Notes: generated from the sequence alone by a model not told the origin. A DNA stretch of 64,000 nucleotides from Eledone cirrhosa (GCA_964016885.1 OZ024756.1:43710001-43774000); one strand, 5' to 3'; counted from the stretch's first letter, positions 39,404 to 52,705 are shown. Program-made: numbers and translations.

Positions 39404-41911
39404 AGACAATCACCTGATCACCTATAGATCCGGGGAACACACAAGCCAGGTAGATTATATCCTTACCAGAAGACGTGACAGTGTCTGTTGTAAACACTAA
39501 ATCCCTCCCCCATGAAGAATGCACCTCCCAACATAGACTAATAATTAGCGACCTCATAGTCAGGACGAGACGTACTCGACAGCAGAAGAGGACTATCCTC
39601 AGGAGAAAAATATGGAAGCTAAAGGACCCCACAGCCAGGAATAAATTTCAAAGCATATTACTTGATGCTTTCGACAGTAAGGAAGAACATTTAGAGTCGG
39701 ACAATATAGAGGGAGAGTGGGAATTTCTGAAAGCAAACCTGCTGTTGGCGACAGACGAAGTCTGTGGCTGGAGCAGGCCTGTAGGCAGGAGGAGAGTAAC
39801 ATGGTGGTGGAACAGTAAGGTGGAGGGGTCAATTAAGGCCAAAAAGCAGGCTTGGAAAGTATGGCGGGATGGGGGAAGTAGAGAAGACTATCAAGTGGCC
39901 AGGAGGGAAGCTAGGAGACAAGTGTACTTAGCAAGAAGGGAAGCTGAGGAAAGAAAGTTCAAGCATGTTCTACAACGCGATGACCAAAAACGTGAGGTGT
40001 TCAGGATTGCTAGGCAATGCGTCAAGGAAAACCGTGATATTGTCGGGGAGAAGTGTGTACTAAACGACGATGGCACACTTGCCATCACCGACGCTGATAA
40101 GAAGGTAGCTTGGAAGTGTCACTATGAAAGGCTACTAAATGAGGAGAATAAATGGGAGAAAGACAGTCTCCCCCATATCGACCCAATAGAGGGACCAGCA
40201 GTGTTAGTCGAGGGGAGTATAATAAGTAAGGCAATCAAGGATATGAAGACGGGTAAGGCGGCTGGGCCTTCGGAAATAGTTGCTGAGATGCTGAAGGCAT
40301 CTGGCACGGTGGGACACACCATGGTCACCCGCATAGTTAACCAAGTCGTACAGAATGGGGTTGTTCCGAAGGACTGGCATAGCAGCATCATCGTTAACTG
40401 TTATAAGGGTAAAGGAGACGCCCTAGATAGGAGTAACTATAGAGGCATTAAATTAATCGACCAGGTCATGAAGGTCACGGAAAAAGTAATAGCGCAACTA
40501 ATCAGAGAGAGAATTGACCTAGATGAAATGCAGTTCGGATTTGTGTCAGGCAAAAGTACCACAGACGCTCTTTTCATAGTACGACAACTACAGGAGAAGT
40601 ACCTAGCTAAAGGTAAACCCCTCTACTTAGCTTTTATCGACTTGGAGAAAGCCTTCGACAGAGTCCCCCGCTCCATTATCTGGTGGGCTCTTAGAAAACT
40701 AGGCGTTGACGAATGGCTTGTGAGGGCTATACAAGCCATGTATAAAGAAACAGTCAGCAAGGTTAGAATTAACAACGAATATAGTGAAGAGTTTAGCGTA
40801 AAAGTTGGCGTCCATCAGGGCTCTGTTCTCAGCCCCCTACTATTTATTATTGCCCTTCAGGCTATAACAGAGGAGTTCAAGACAGGCTGCCAATGGGAAC
40901 TCCTATACGCAGATGACCTGACACTCATAGCGGAATCAATGGCCGAGCTAGAGAAGAAATTCCAAACATGGAAGCACGGCCTAGAGTCAAAAGGACTTAA
41001 AATTAACCTGGCTAAGACCAAAGTACTAGTTTGTAGGAAAGAAAACAAGGCGGCGGTCCCTTCTGGGAAATGGTTGTGCTCGGCGTGTAGGAAAGGCGTA
41101 GGCAGAAACTCCATTTTATGTCCTAAATGCAAAGTATGGGTGCATAAAAGATGTAGTGGGATCACAGGTAAGCTAACTAAGAACATAGATTTTACATGTG
41201 GCCGGTGTTCTGGTGCAATAAGTAGCAGCAAGTGCCCACAAAATACTAGCTCTTTCAATTGTGCAGAGGGTTCTATAGAAATAGTGGACAGCTTCCGTTA
41301 CCTGGGCGATAAAATCAGCAGTGGGGGAGGGTGCTCTGAAAGTACTGTAGCTAGAGTCAGAACTGGTTGGAAAAAGTTCAGAGAGCTTATACCACTATTA
41401 GCTGCTAAAGGGTTCTCCCTAAAAATGAAAGGCAGGTTGTACGATGCCTGCATACGAACAGCAATGCTGCATGGCAGTGAGACCTGGGCATTGTGTGCAG
41501 AGGATATACGCAGACTAGAGAGGAACGAAGCTTGCATGCTCCGCTGGATGTGTAACAGTAATATACGTGAACGGCAAAGCATAAACGAACTAAGGAAAAA
41601 ATTAGAGATAAGAGGGATCAGATGTTGTTTACTCGAGAGAAGGCTACGTTGGTATGGACACGTGATGCGCATGAAAGTCGATAGCTGTATAACAAAGTGC
41701 AGGGCAATAAAGATAGACGGTAGTCACGGAATAGGCAGACCTAGAAAAACCTGGGACGAGCTGATAAACTCCGACATCACACACTTACACCTCTCCAAGA
41801 CAATGTCACTGGACCGAGACCTTTGGCGGTACTCAGTAACAGAGAAGACCCGCCTTACCTAAATATATAGTAAAACCTACTCCAGCCAGTAGGCATCTCT
41901 AACAAAATACA
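39404..41911 (+). mobile_element. RTE family A, 5'-truncated and lacking 3'UTR/tail; open frame 39475-41862
   Basis: Protein nearly identical to the 12445-15735 ORF; sequence ends at CTCTAACAAAATACA, then (TA)n. Confidence 0.95.
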
Positions 41912-41960
41912 TATATATATAAATACATAGGCATCTCTAACAAAATACATATATATATAA

Positions 41961-41993
<33 letters not shown>

Positions 41994-42001
41994 GTATATA
42001 T

Positions 42002-42054
<53 letters not shown>

Positions 42055-42066
42055 ATGTATATATAT

Positions 42067-42127
<61 letters not shown>

Positions 42128-42140
42128 ATATATATATATA

Positions 42141-42585
42141 TCATCATCATCATCAACGTTTAACGTCCGTGTTCCACGCTTGCATGGGTTTGGACGGGGG
42201 TAGTCCCACTTGAGGCAAGAGTGATTGTCTTGCTCGCATAGGACTGTCTGGCAGGTTTTCTACAGTTGGATGCCCTTCCTAACACCAACCACATTTACAG
42301 TGTGGGTCTGGGAGGTTTTTACTGTGTTGCCTACACGGCCACATTACAGCGTGGACTGTGTGTTTTTTTGTCGTGACACCTACACGATCTCATTTGTTTC
42401 GGCCTGGATGGCGCGGCACCAACATAACTTTACATAGAACGGGGTGGTGTGGATGGGGTGGGGGTGGTGGCGGGACGGGGTGTATTTTGTTAGAGATGCC
42501 TACTGGCAAGGCGGGTCTTCTCTGTTACTGAGTACCGCCAAAGGTCTCGGTCCAGTGACATTGTCTTGGAGAGGTGTAAGTGTGT
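42141..42585 (-). mobile_element. RTE family A 3' fragment (same subfamily as the full-length copy)
   Basis: Near-identical to 12095-12540, including the short-3'UTR deletion. Confidence 0.93.
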
Positions 42586-43023
42586 AAGTGTATGTATATA
42601 TAAATATATATATTATATGTATATATATATTATATGTATATACATATATATTATATGTATATATATATATATATTATATGTATATATAAATATATATATT
42701 ATATATATATATATAAATATTATATATATAAATATATATATTATATATATATTATATATATATATAAATATATATATTATATATATATATAAATATATAT
42801 ATTATATATATATATAAATATATATATAAATATATATATTATATGTATATATAAATATATATATTATATGTATATATAAATATATATATTATATGTATAT
42901 ATAAATATATATATTATATGTATATATAAATATATATATTATATGTATATATAAATATATATATTATATGTATATATAAATATATACATTATATGTATAT
43001 ATAAATATATACATTATATGTAT

Positions 43024-43235
43024 ATATTTATTAAAATAACAGATTAAAGTTTAAGCAAAGAATCGCTGCTTTCAGAAGATCCCATTGTGTGTGAAAGCAG
43101 CGATTCTTTGCTTAAACTTTAATCGGTTATTTTAATAAATATTTGCTGTATGGTTCTTATATATTTGATATATATTTATCCTTATGGAACCCTCTTTGGA
43201 TTTTAGTCTTCACATTTATTATTATTACTATTATA
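43024..43235. repeat. Dispersed repeat with ~50-bp fold-back arm (non-inverted copy at ~49095-49260)
   Basis: ATATTTATTAAAATAACAGATTAAAGTTTAAGCAAAGAATCGCTGCTTTCA, a 17-nt spacer, then its reverse complement. Confidence 0.85.
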
Positions 43236-43322
43236 TATATATATATATATATAAATATATATATTATATATATTATATATATTATATATATATTTATTAT
43301 ATATATATAAATATATATATAT

Positions 43323-43354
<32 letters not shown>

Positions 43355-43409
43355 ATATATATATAAATATATCACGATAAATTAACGGAGGCATATATAT
43401 ATATGACAT

Positions 43410-43797
43410 GGAGGCACATGGCTTAGTGGTTAGAGCATTGGCCTTGCAATTGAAAGGTTGTGAGTTCAATTCTCAGACTGAGTGATGTGTTGTGTCCTTG
43501 AGCAAGACACTTTATTTCACATTGCTCCAGTTTACTCAGCTGTAGAAATGAGATGATAGGACTGGAGTCCCTATCATTCCCCTGCAAAGTGGTCGTGGAG
43601 GTCCCACGGCAAAAAAGCACCCAGCCCACACTGTAAAGTGGACGTGTAGGTGCCACGGAAATAAAAAGCACCCAGTACTCACTGTAAATGATGTTGGTGT
43701 TAGGAATGGCATCTAGCTGTAGAAATCAAGCAAGAATCAGTTCCTGTCCCACCCTGGCAAGCAGGGAAAAGCAGACGTAAAATGATGATGATGATGA
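43410..43797 (+). mobile_element. CORE-type SINE (family 2) with a longer RTE-B-derived segment
   Basis: tRNA head, CORE-like body, both RTE-B 3'UTR modules, RTE-C end and (ATG)n. Confidence 0.9.
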
Positions 43798-43870
43798 TAT
43801 GTATATTATATATAAATATATATTATATATATAAATATATATATTATATATATATATATATTATATATAT

Positions 43871-43931
<61 letters not shown>

Positions 43932-43975
43932 AATATATATATTATATATATATATATATTTATAAATATATATAA

Positions 43976-45101
43976 TGTAGGAAAGGAGTAGGCAGAAACT
44001 CCATTTTATGTCCCAAATGCAAAGTATGGGTGCATAAAAGATGTAGTGGGATCACAGGTAAGCTAACTAAGAATATAGACTTTATATGTGACTGGTGCTC
44101 TGGTGCAATAAGTAGCAGCAAGTGCCCACAGAATACTAGCTCATTCCATTGCACAGATGGTGCTATAGAAATAGTGGACACCTTCCGTTACCTGGGTCAC
44201 AAAATCAGCAGTGGGGGAGGGTGCTCTGAAAGTACAGTAGCTAGAGTCGGAACGGAATGGAAAAAGTTCAGAGAGCTTATACCACTATTGGCCGCTAAAG
44301 GGTTCTCTCTTAAAATGAAAGGTAGGCTGTATGATGCCTGCATACGAACAGCAATGTTACATGGCAGTGAGACCTGGGCATTGTGTGCAGAGGATATACG
44401 CAGACTGGAGAGAAACGAAGCTTGCATGCTCCGCTGGATGTGTAATAGTAATATACGTGAACGGCAAAGCATAAACGAACTAAGGGAGAAATTAGGAATA
44501 AGAGGGATCAGATGTTGTTTACTCGAGAGAAGACTACGTTGGTATGGTCACGTGATGCACATGAAAGACAACAGTGGTATAAAAAAGTGCAGGGCGATAA
44601 AAATAGACGGTAGCCACAGAGTAGGCAGACCCAGAAAAACCTGGGACAACTTGATAAATTCCGACCTCACACACTTACACCTCTCCAAGACAATGTCACT
44701 GGACCGAGACCTTTGGCGCTACACAGTCATACAGAAGGCCCGCCTTGCTTAAGTACAATGCGAAACCTACAGTCAGTAGGCACCTCTAACAAAATAACCC
44801 CCCCCCCCCCTAAATGTGAAGTTATGTTGGTACCACAACATCCAGTCCGAAACAAATGAGGTCGTGTAGGTGTCACAACAAAAAAACACACAGTCCACGG
44901 TGTAATGTGGCCGTGTAGGTAACATGGTGAAAACCTCCCAGTCCACACTGTAAACGTGGTTGGTGTTAGGAAGGGCATCCAGCCGTAGAAAACCCGCCAG
45001 ACAGTCCTATATGAGCAGGACAACAAATCTTGCCTCAAGTGGGAAACCTCCCGTCTAAACCCATGCAAGCGTGGAAGATCGACGTTAAACGTTGATGATG
45101 A
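43976..45101 (+). mobile_element. RTE family A (diverged subfamily), 5'-truncated
   Basis: ORF 44030-44752, 3'UTR and tail. Confidence 0.93.
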
Positions 45102-45542
45102 TATAAATATATATAATATATATATATATAAACAATCTTTGTTTCTTGGTTTTAATTTTGTTCCTCTTCAAACAAATTAATCTTTGTTCTCGTAGCTTAA
45201 CTAACATCATGTAATGATTTAGTAGAAATGTCTAAAATCCAGTTTCTTAATCCAAATATTTATCAAACCTTTACTATTGGACAGATAGTTGTGAAAAATC
45301 TTTAAAGTTTTCAATTTTTAATGTGATGCAGTCATAATGCCGTTTTGTATTTTTCAACAATGCCTTTCTAATGTTGTTTCATGTGGTTCAGGATGTTAAG
45401 ACTTAATCATAGCCAAGTAAATTTTGACATAAATCCATCACTTGGTCACGAAAGTACTTTATTTTAAAATAAATTACCAGTAACACACACAGGGGTCAAT
45501 CGACTTTCCCCTCCCCTTCAAATTGCTGGCCTTCTGCCTTAA

Positions 45543-45747
45543 CCCTTTAGCATTTACTATTGTTTTTTTCTAGTAAACACTTTATCTTATATAATTATCT
45601 CACATAATATCAAATCTATGAGGTTTTGATGTTATTTATTTTGAGAACAATACCTCAATGTCAGTATGAGTGGCCAGTTACAGCCGGTTTGAACAGAAAG
45701 AGGTGTGACATTTCTGGTGGGATACGGCCAGTTTGAATGCTAAAGGG
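45543..45747. mobile_element. piggyBac-type MITE with TTAA TSD, inserted in a family-1 SINE tail
   Basis: TTAA|CCCTTTAGCATT...AATGCTAAAGGG|TTAA. Related copies at ~47476-47670, 48006-48194, 50105-50308 and 55660-55843. Confidence 0.85.
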
Positions 45748-45999
45748 TTAAGTAGAAACAATTATTATGTCTAAATCAATTGTGATGAACAAAAAGCTAT
45801 TTTGAGCCTAAATGTTGATGTGGCTGACTTTATCTAAACTCAGTAAAATATGAATATTTGTAAATAAACCTTTGGAGCATCGAGTGGGTTGAAATGCTTA
45901 GAAAATGTAGAAAAATCTCAAACTCAGAAAATAACTGCGAACACAGTGAATTATTATAAATAATAGATTTTAAAAATCAGATAAAATAACTGTTCTTTC

Positions 46000-46390
46000 T
46001 CTTCTTCACCCACTTATTCCTGAAAGGGTTGTGGAGGGCAGATTTCTCAAAAACTTCTTCCAGCAGGTCCTGTCAGAAACAACTGTCTCCAAGTGATCCA
46101 ACTGGATCCCCAGGTGAGACCAGCCAAGCTCATGGATGTTATCCAACCATCTTGTTCGGGGTCTACCTCTGGGTCTCCTGCAGGTTGGTTTTGCTCATAA
46201 AATCTGTCCAGCAATTCTTTCCTGAGACATTCTAACCACATGTCCATAGTATCGGAGCTGTGATCTCTCAATTTGGAGAAATAGCAGCTCTACCTGGAGT
46301 GACTCTCTAATCTCTGGGCAACAGATCTGTCCAGCAATTCTTTCCTGAGACATTTTAACCACATGCCTATAGTATTGAAGCTGTGATCTC
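46000..46390 (-). mobile_element. Old RTE-clade 3' fragment (family D); second copy on + at ~51845-52070
   Basis: Minus strand reads LRYYGHVVRMSQERI..RRPRGRPRTRWLDNI. Confidence 0.75.
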
Positions 46391-47869
46391 CAAAAAATAA
46401 CCCTGTAGATAAAAAAAGAAAGTTGTCAGCAACTGGAATTTGAGAGGTATAATGTTTAATTCTCAGTAGTATCTACTGGCTACTTCTTTTTCTGCCTCTA
46501 GGGTTATTTAAACTGGTTTTCTGAGCTATCGTTTATAGTAATTGACTGTGCTCATAGACAGTTATTTTCTACATTTTTTATTAATAAAATAAGTATTAGT
46601 CAGTGAGAACTGGATTTGCGACCGATAGATAGTATTAGCAATTGGAAAGACCAATGGAAACATTGTTTCCTTGGTCCGATTTGACGAAAGTTGATCATTC
46701 CTAGTCAGTGAATTTCATTTCCAATTAATATGTAGCTTTGGGCTTATGTTCGAAGCTGTTATTATTGTTAGGTGTTTTAGTTCATATCCCACTTTGTCTT
46801 TCATCCTTCTAGGGTCAAATTAAAGTACCAGTCATGTACTGGGTTGATTTAATCAACTTTGCCCTACCCCAGAATTTGCTGGCTTTCTGTCTAAATTAGA
46901 AGGTTATTATTAAGTGGACAGGTAAAGGAAGGATGTGTAACCATGGCATTTGCAAGTCCTCGTTGACTAGTAGGATCAATAGAGTTGATGTCATGACGGT
47001 AACAGGGAAAACATGAGCTGGGAGGAAATTCCAGACTGGTGACTAACACTTTATCATGTTGTTGGGTAGCTAAGTGGAACGATCTGATCATGTGTGTGAT
47101 GTGAAATCCTCTACTTTCAGTTGGGTAGCTAAGTGGAAAGATCTCTCTCTCTCTCTCTCCTATTTATCATGTGTGTCCAATTTCTCATTTGTCCAAGTCC
47201 ATACTCTACTAGGTACTGCTGGAAAGGTCATCCAGTTATAGAAACATTTGAGCCATTCTGATATTGTAGTAAAAGCATGATATACAGAACAGCAACAAAT
47301 ATTGGTGGTTCTCTATTATATGAAGCAGATGATGTGATCTGACAAGTGGTGAAACTCTTAGAACAAATCTGTCCAGCCCATGCCAATATGGAAAAACAGA
47401 TTTAAAATGATAATATAGGATCTGATTTTGAAAATAAAAAAAATAAAATGTTTTTTTTTGTTTTTTTTTGCATGTTAAGCCTTTAGCATTTTACCTTACT
47501 ATATATACTATTGTATTTTTGTGGTAAAGGCTTTATCTTACATAGTTATCTCACATAATATCTAATCTACGAGAGTTTGAAGTTATTTATTTTTAGAACA
47601 ATACCTTAATGTCAGTGTGAATGGCCAGTTATGGCCGGTTTGAACAGAAGGATGTGGGAGAGTTCTGGCTGGATCTCTCTCTCTCTCTCTCCAGATATTC
47701 AACCTCCAATACATGGGGTTCACCACATTTCTCTTTGCAGATGTTTCACATTCAATGCCCTCCCACAACCACACAGCATCAAACTTACATGTGCTTCTTA
47801 AAGTGTCTTTTCACAGCGTGGGTGTTGTCAACAGTGATAACAGCTCTCTCAACTTCTTCCACACTTTTC

Positions 47870-48272
47870 TTAACCCTTTAGATACCAACCCGTCTAAAAC
47901 CACCTCTATTTCTACAAGACAAAAACCAGAAATTTTAAAGGGGCCTTACTTAAATTCAAACCTTCCAACATAAAAGAACATTTTTGTTATGTTACAAATA
48001 TCATCTTAACCCTTATCATTTACCTTACTCTATATTTACTGTTGTAATAATTATCTCACATAATATCTGAGATTTTGATATTTATTTTGAGAACAATACC
48101 TTAACATCAGTATGAGTGGCTGGTTACAGCCAGTTTGAACAGAAAGAGTTGAGAGAATTCTGGCCAGATATGGCTGATTTAAATGCTAAAGGTTTTATAT
48201 AATTACAAGTCTTTATTTATCCATTTAAAAAGACAAAGCATTTCATAAGAAATGTGGTAATGAAAGGGTTAA
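47870..48272. mobile_element. Nested piggyBac-type MITEs (a second nest at ~49999-50439)
   Basis: Outer TTAACCCTTT...AAAGGGTTAA element with an inner MITE starting at an internal TTAA. Confidence 0.65.
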
Positions 48273-48721
48273 TTTAACAGCTTAATTTTCTCTGCAAATT
48301 GTCCTGCCTCCAATAATAGTCACTTCATTTCTAGAAACTATATGCTACATCTTTTGGGCTATAAATATTTATTTTTCACTAATTTTGAATTATAATAATA
48401 TTGTTTGTGCTGCATAAGGGTGTTGTTTTAAGATGGTTGATTCAATCAAAATTCAACCTAGGAAATTAACAGCTCTGCACTTTATAAATGCAGGAGACGC
48501 ATTTGTTGTTATTTTGACCTATATTTTGATCAATATCAATCTATTGGATCAACGTTTTTGTGCTAGAAGGAAGATGTACTCAAATTCTTTTTTTTTTCTT
48601 CTCAAAATGTCCTTGTAAAAGCAGGAGTTGTCTTATACGAGGTGGCGTCTAATACGCCAGCAAAAACGGTTAATACAGTCGTTAATTTAATGTCTTGTTG
48701 TAGCTTTATTATATGATTTAA

Positions 48722-48915
48722 AGGGCAGTGGATTGGCAGTATCAGTGGAGGGTCGGACACCATGCCTTGCAGCATAGAGTTATGGCCCTTTATGGTCTGA
48801 GTTCAAATCCTGTCGAGGTTAACTTTGCCTTTCATCCTTGTGGGGGTCGATGATACAAAGTACCAGTAATACACTGGGATAATTGCTGGCCTTGTGCCAA
48901 AAGTAGAAACAATTG
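48722..48915 (+). mobile_element. Family-1 SINE
   Basis: GTGGATTGGCAG..GGTTAACTTTGCCTTTCATCC..GTCGAT..AGTACCAG..GGCCTTGTGCC. Confidence 0.85.
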
Positions 48916-49598
48916 TGATTTAAATGGATACATTGAATGTGATATAAAGCTAGACAGTTGGTGACATTGCAGGCTACTTAGAGGCATGTGTTGAGCAGAT
49001 GTCATTTACAACTCATCGTTAATATCAACAATCTAAATATATTTATTTTGTGAAAAGAAAGTTTAATTTATATACACATCTGTATTTATACAAATTTCAG
49101 AATATCCCATTGTGTGTGAAAGCAGTGATTCTTTGCTTAAACTTTAATCTGTCATTTTAATAAATATTTGCTCTACGGTTCTTATATATTTGATATATAT
49201 TTATCCTTATGGAGCCCTCTTTGGATTTTAGTCTTCACATTTATTATTATTACTATAATATATATATATATATTTGTGTGTATGTGTCTATATATATATG
49301 TGTGTGTGTGTGTGTTTATATGTATGTGTGTGTGAGAGTGTATATATATATGTGTGTGTATATATATATATGTGTGTGTGTGTGAGAGTGTATATATATG
49401 TGTGTGTATATTGCAACTTTTCATCAGCCACTTGTAGCTTCTTAGCAGAACATTTGTGAAGCGTGGGTGTTGTATAATCACATCAGCCAACATCTTGTTT
49501 GTTTCCTTGTGATGGCTGAGTCACCTCAGACCAATTCAGTACTTAATTGAAGCTACTGACCTCTCAAATGGGCTGCTATTCAAATCTTGCTTACATAT

Positions 49599-49943
49599 GG
49601 GGGCACATGGCTTAGTGGTTAGAGCATTGGCCTTGCAATTGAAAGGTTGTGAGTTCAATTCTCAGACCGGGTGATGTTGTTTCCTTGAGCAAGACACTTT
49701 ATTTCACATTGCTCCAGTTTACTCAGCTGTAGAAATGAGATGATAGGGACTGGGGTCCCTATCATTCCACTGCAAAGTGGTCGTGGAGGTGCCACGGCAA
49801 AAAAGCACCCAGCACTCACTGTAAATGAGGTTGGTGTTAGGAAGGGCATCCAGCTGTAGAAATCAAGCCAGAATCAGTTCCCGTCCCACCCTTGCAAGCA
49901 GGGAAAAGTGGACGTAAAATGAAATGAAAATGATGAAAATGAT
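49599..49943 (+). mobile_element. tRNA-derived CORE-type SINE (family 2) with RTE-derived tail
   Basis: A box TGGCTTAGTGG and B box GTTCAATTC; CCTTGAGCAAGACACTT..CAGTTTACTCAGCTGTAGAAATG resembles the MIR/CORE domain; 3' half matches RTE-B, then RTE-C. Confidence 0.88.
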
Positions 49944-51235
49944 ATATTCCTTTTACAGAGTGTACTGGGTGCATTTCATTATGGCACTAAAATTTATTTT
50001 AACTCTTTTGATATGAAACTGCACTAGGTTTTATGATACTAAAATTTGTTTTAAAATATTTATATTTAAAAATCTTCTATTGTAATATTATGTAAGAACT
50101 TCTGTTAACCCCTTAGCATTTAAACCAGTCATATCGAGCTGCCAGAATTCTCTCCCCTCTTTCTGTTTAAACCAGCCATAACCGGCCACTCATACTGAGA
50201 TTAAGGTATTGTTCTCAAAATAAATATCATCATCAAAATCTCGTAGATTCCATATGTGAGATAAAGCTTTTACCATGAAAATATAATAATGTAAAAGCTC
50301 AAGGGTTATGTTCCAAACACCAAATTTAACAATGTGCGAGTTATATTACTAAATCCCTCCAAATTCTTGATTATTTTCAAAATTATTTGAAAATCATATG
50401 TATTGGATCTCTCTACAAATCTGGTCACAAGAGGGTTAATTTTATCCCCTTTTTTTATTATTTATTCTTGCATTTTGTGTTTGTTTTAATTCTGTTGCTG
50501 AAAGCTCTCTTGTATGTATGCAAAGAGTAATGCCAGACATAACATCGTTAACATTGGCACTGCAAGCAAGATAGCTAGCAGAAGGAAGACATGGGATAAG
50601 ATGTCGATGAGACGGGAAGGGTAGAGCTACCTTATTCGTAAAAAAACAGATGAAAGAAACAAAATCTAAAAATATAAAAAGAAAAGTGACTGTAATTTGC
50701 CAGTAACTTGAGATGAGCTGTTAAAGATTTTCTCTTATTGATCTTGGTACCGTAGGCTCGAACACCTGTGGATCAATAAATATCAAGGTATGCATGTGAT
50801 GGGCATAGGGTGGGTGGGGGAGAGACAGTTGCTACTCAGGGAGTGGAGAAATAATAAACTACTTCTGCACCCCTTCTTCTCAACAACTTAATCAATGCCC
50901 TCTCTCTTTCCCTCTCACCCTCTCTCTTTCTCTCTCTGTCCCTCTTTCTCCCTCTCTCTCTTTCCCCTTCTCTCATATAGTGTATGTGCAACACATCTGT
51001 GTATTAAAATACAAGTAGTCGAGACATTTTTAATAACACACTTGAATAATACAGTTCCGAATGTGAACTATGTCATTGAGAGAGGCCTGTCTGTGAAGTG
51101 GATCACTTTAACCACTAAAGTCACCTAACAACACTACAGTCCAATTTTAGTGTATTTAAATATCTAACTTCACAATTTGTCTAACTGTGAAACGTAGCTT
51201 AGTCTCACATAGATCAACTCCATTGTGTACTCCAG

Positions 51236-51560
51236 TGACTGTGTCTCACTCGTATAGGACTGTTTCTAGCTGGTTTGCTACAGCTGGATGCCCTTTCTAG
51301 CGCCAACCATATATATATATGATATATCATCATCATCATCATAGTTTAACGTCCATCTTCCACGCTAGCATGGGTTAGACAGGAATAGTCCAATTTGAAG
51401 TAAGATTGGTCGGGTGACCATGTCTCACTTGTATAGGACTATCTGGCAGGTTTTCTACGGTTGGATGCCCTTCCTAACACCAACCACATATACAGTATGG
51501 ACTGGGAACTTTTTACCATGTTACCTACACGACCACATTACAGCGTGGATTTTTTTTGTG
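51236..51560 (-). mobile_element. Older RTE-related 3'UTR fragments
   Basis: GGATGCCCTT motifs and a (CAT)n tail at ~51327. Confidence 0.75.
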
Positions 51561-52319
51561 TTTTTTCCCCTTCTTTTTCTCTTCTCTTTCCTTTTTTTAA
51601 AAATATATATATATGCATCATCGTTTAACGTATGTGTATGGTATGTATATGTGTGTGTGTATATATATATACATACACACACGTTTTTAGTGGTAGCATT
51701 CCTGCAACAATTTTCTTTAGACATTGAAAAACATACATGGCATTCCAAGAAATCCCAAACGCTATAAGATAAACAGGATGTAAACTAAACGACTAATTCT
51801 GTCGAGATAACCTAGAGAAATTACCATTTTTTTTTTTTCCAACTGTGATTAGAATGTCTCAGGAAAGATTCACTGGACAGATTTTACAGGTAAAACCAAC
51901 CGGCAGGAGACCCAGGGGTAGACCCCAAACAAGATGGTTGGATAACATCCTTGAGCTTGGCTGGTCTCACTAGGGGGATCCAGCCGGATCAGTTGGAGAC
52001 TGTTGCTCCTGGAAGGAGTATTTTGAGGACTCTGCTCCCACAACTCTCTCAGGAATATATGGGCGAAGAATAAGTGTGCTAGTTGATTTCACCAACATAC
52101 CGATGCTATTCTATTCGTTAGATTTAGAAGCTATAAGATTTAGAAGCTATAAGATTAATGGCTATAAATGTGTTAACACATATAGTGAATACCACCGGAC
52201 ATCAAGATAAATCCGGTTGTCTTTGAAACCTTAGGTTCTACTTGTCCTCCTCTACAGTGCCGAAACCTTGACTAATATTCCTGGTAGATCAAGCAATCTC
52301 ATTGGCACTCAAATGATAT

Positions 52320-52705
52320 CAAGTTTGACTCAGACATACTGTCTGATGCTGCTACGCCGCTTCAAGTTTGACTCAGACATAGTGTCTGATGCTGCTACGC
52401 CGCTTCAAGTTTGACTCAGACATAGTGTCTGATGCTGCTACGCCGCTTCAAGTTTGACTCAGACATAGTGTCTGATGCTGCTACGTCGCTTCAAGTTTGA
52501 CTCAGACATAGTGTCTGATGCTGCCACGCCGCTTCAAGTTTGACTCAGACATAGTGTCTGATGCTGCTACGTTGCTTCAAGTTTGACTCAGACATAGTGT
52601 CTGATGCTGCTACGTCGCTTCAAGTTTGACTCAGACATACTGTCTGATGCTGCTACGCCGCTTCAAGTTTGACTCAGACATAGTGTCTGATGCTGCTACG
52701 TCGCT
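52320..52705. repeat. 43-bp minisatellite, 9 copies, with internal hairpin
   Basis: CAAGTTTGACTCAGACATAGTGTCTGATGCTGCTACG(C/T)CGCTT; TCAGACA-TAG-TGTCTGA stem. Confidence 0.95.

Noticed and set aside
48600-48672. End of a Tc1/pogo-like DNA transposon (TCTTATACG..AAAAACGGT)
   Set aside because: Only one degenerate end seen; no matching TIR or TSD.
49599-49670. tRNA gene
   Set aside because: The A and B boxes run straight into a SINE body and tail; multiple diverged copies; acceptor stem not intact.
50505-50624. Possible alternative phase-0 terminal exon (LSCMYAKSNARHN...RREG*) that would omit the ITIM/ITSM
   Set aside because: Good T-rich tract but weak AAG acceptor, only 39 codons and no recognisable motif; unsupported without RNA-seq.
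52320-52705. CRISPR-like look of palindromic 43-bp repeats (also 22321-22660)
   Set aside because: No unique spacers, no cas genes, eukaryotic context; these are plain tandem repeats.
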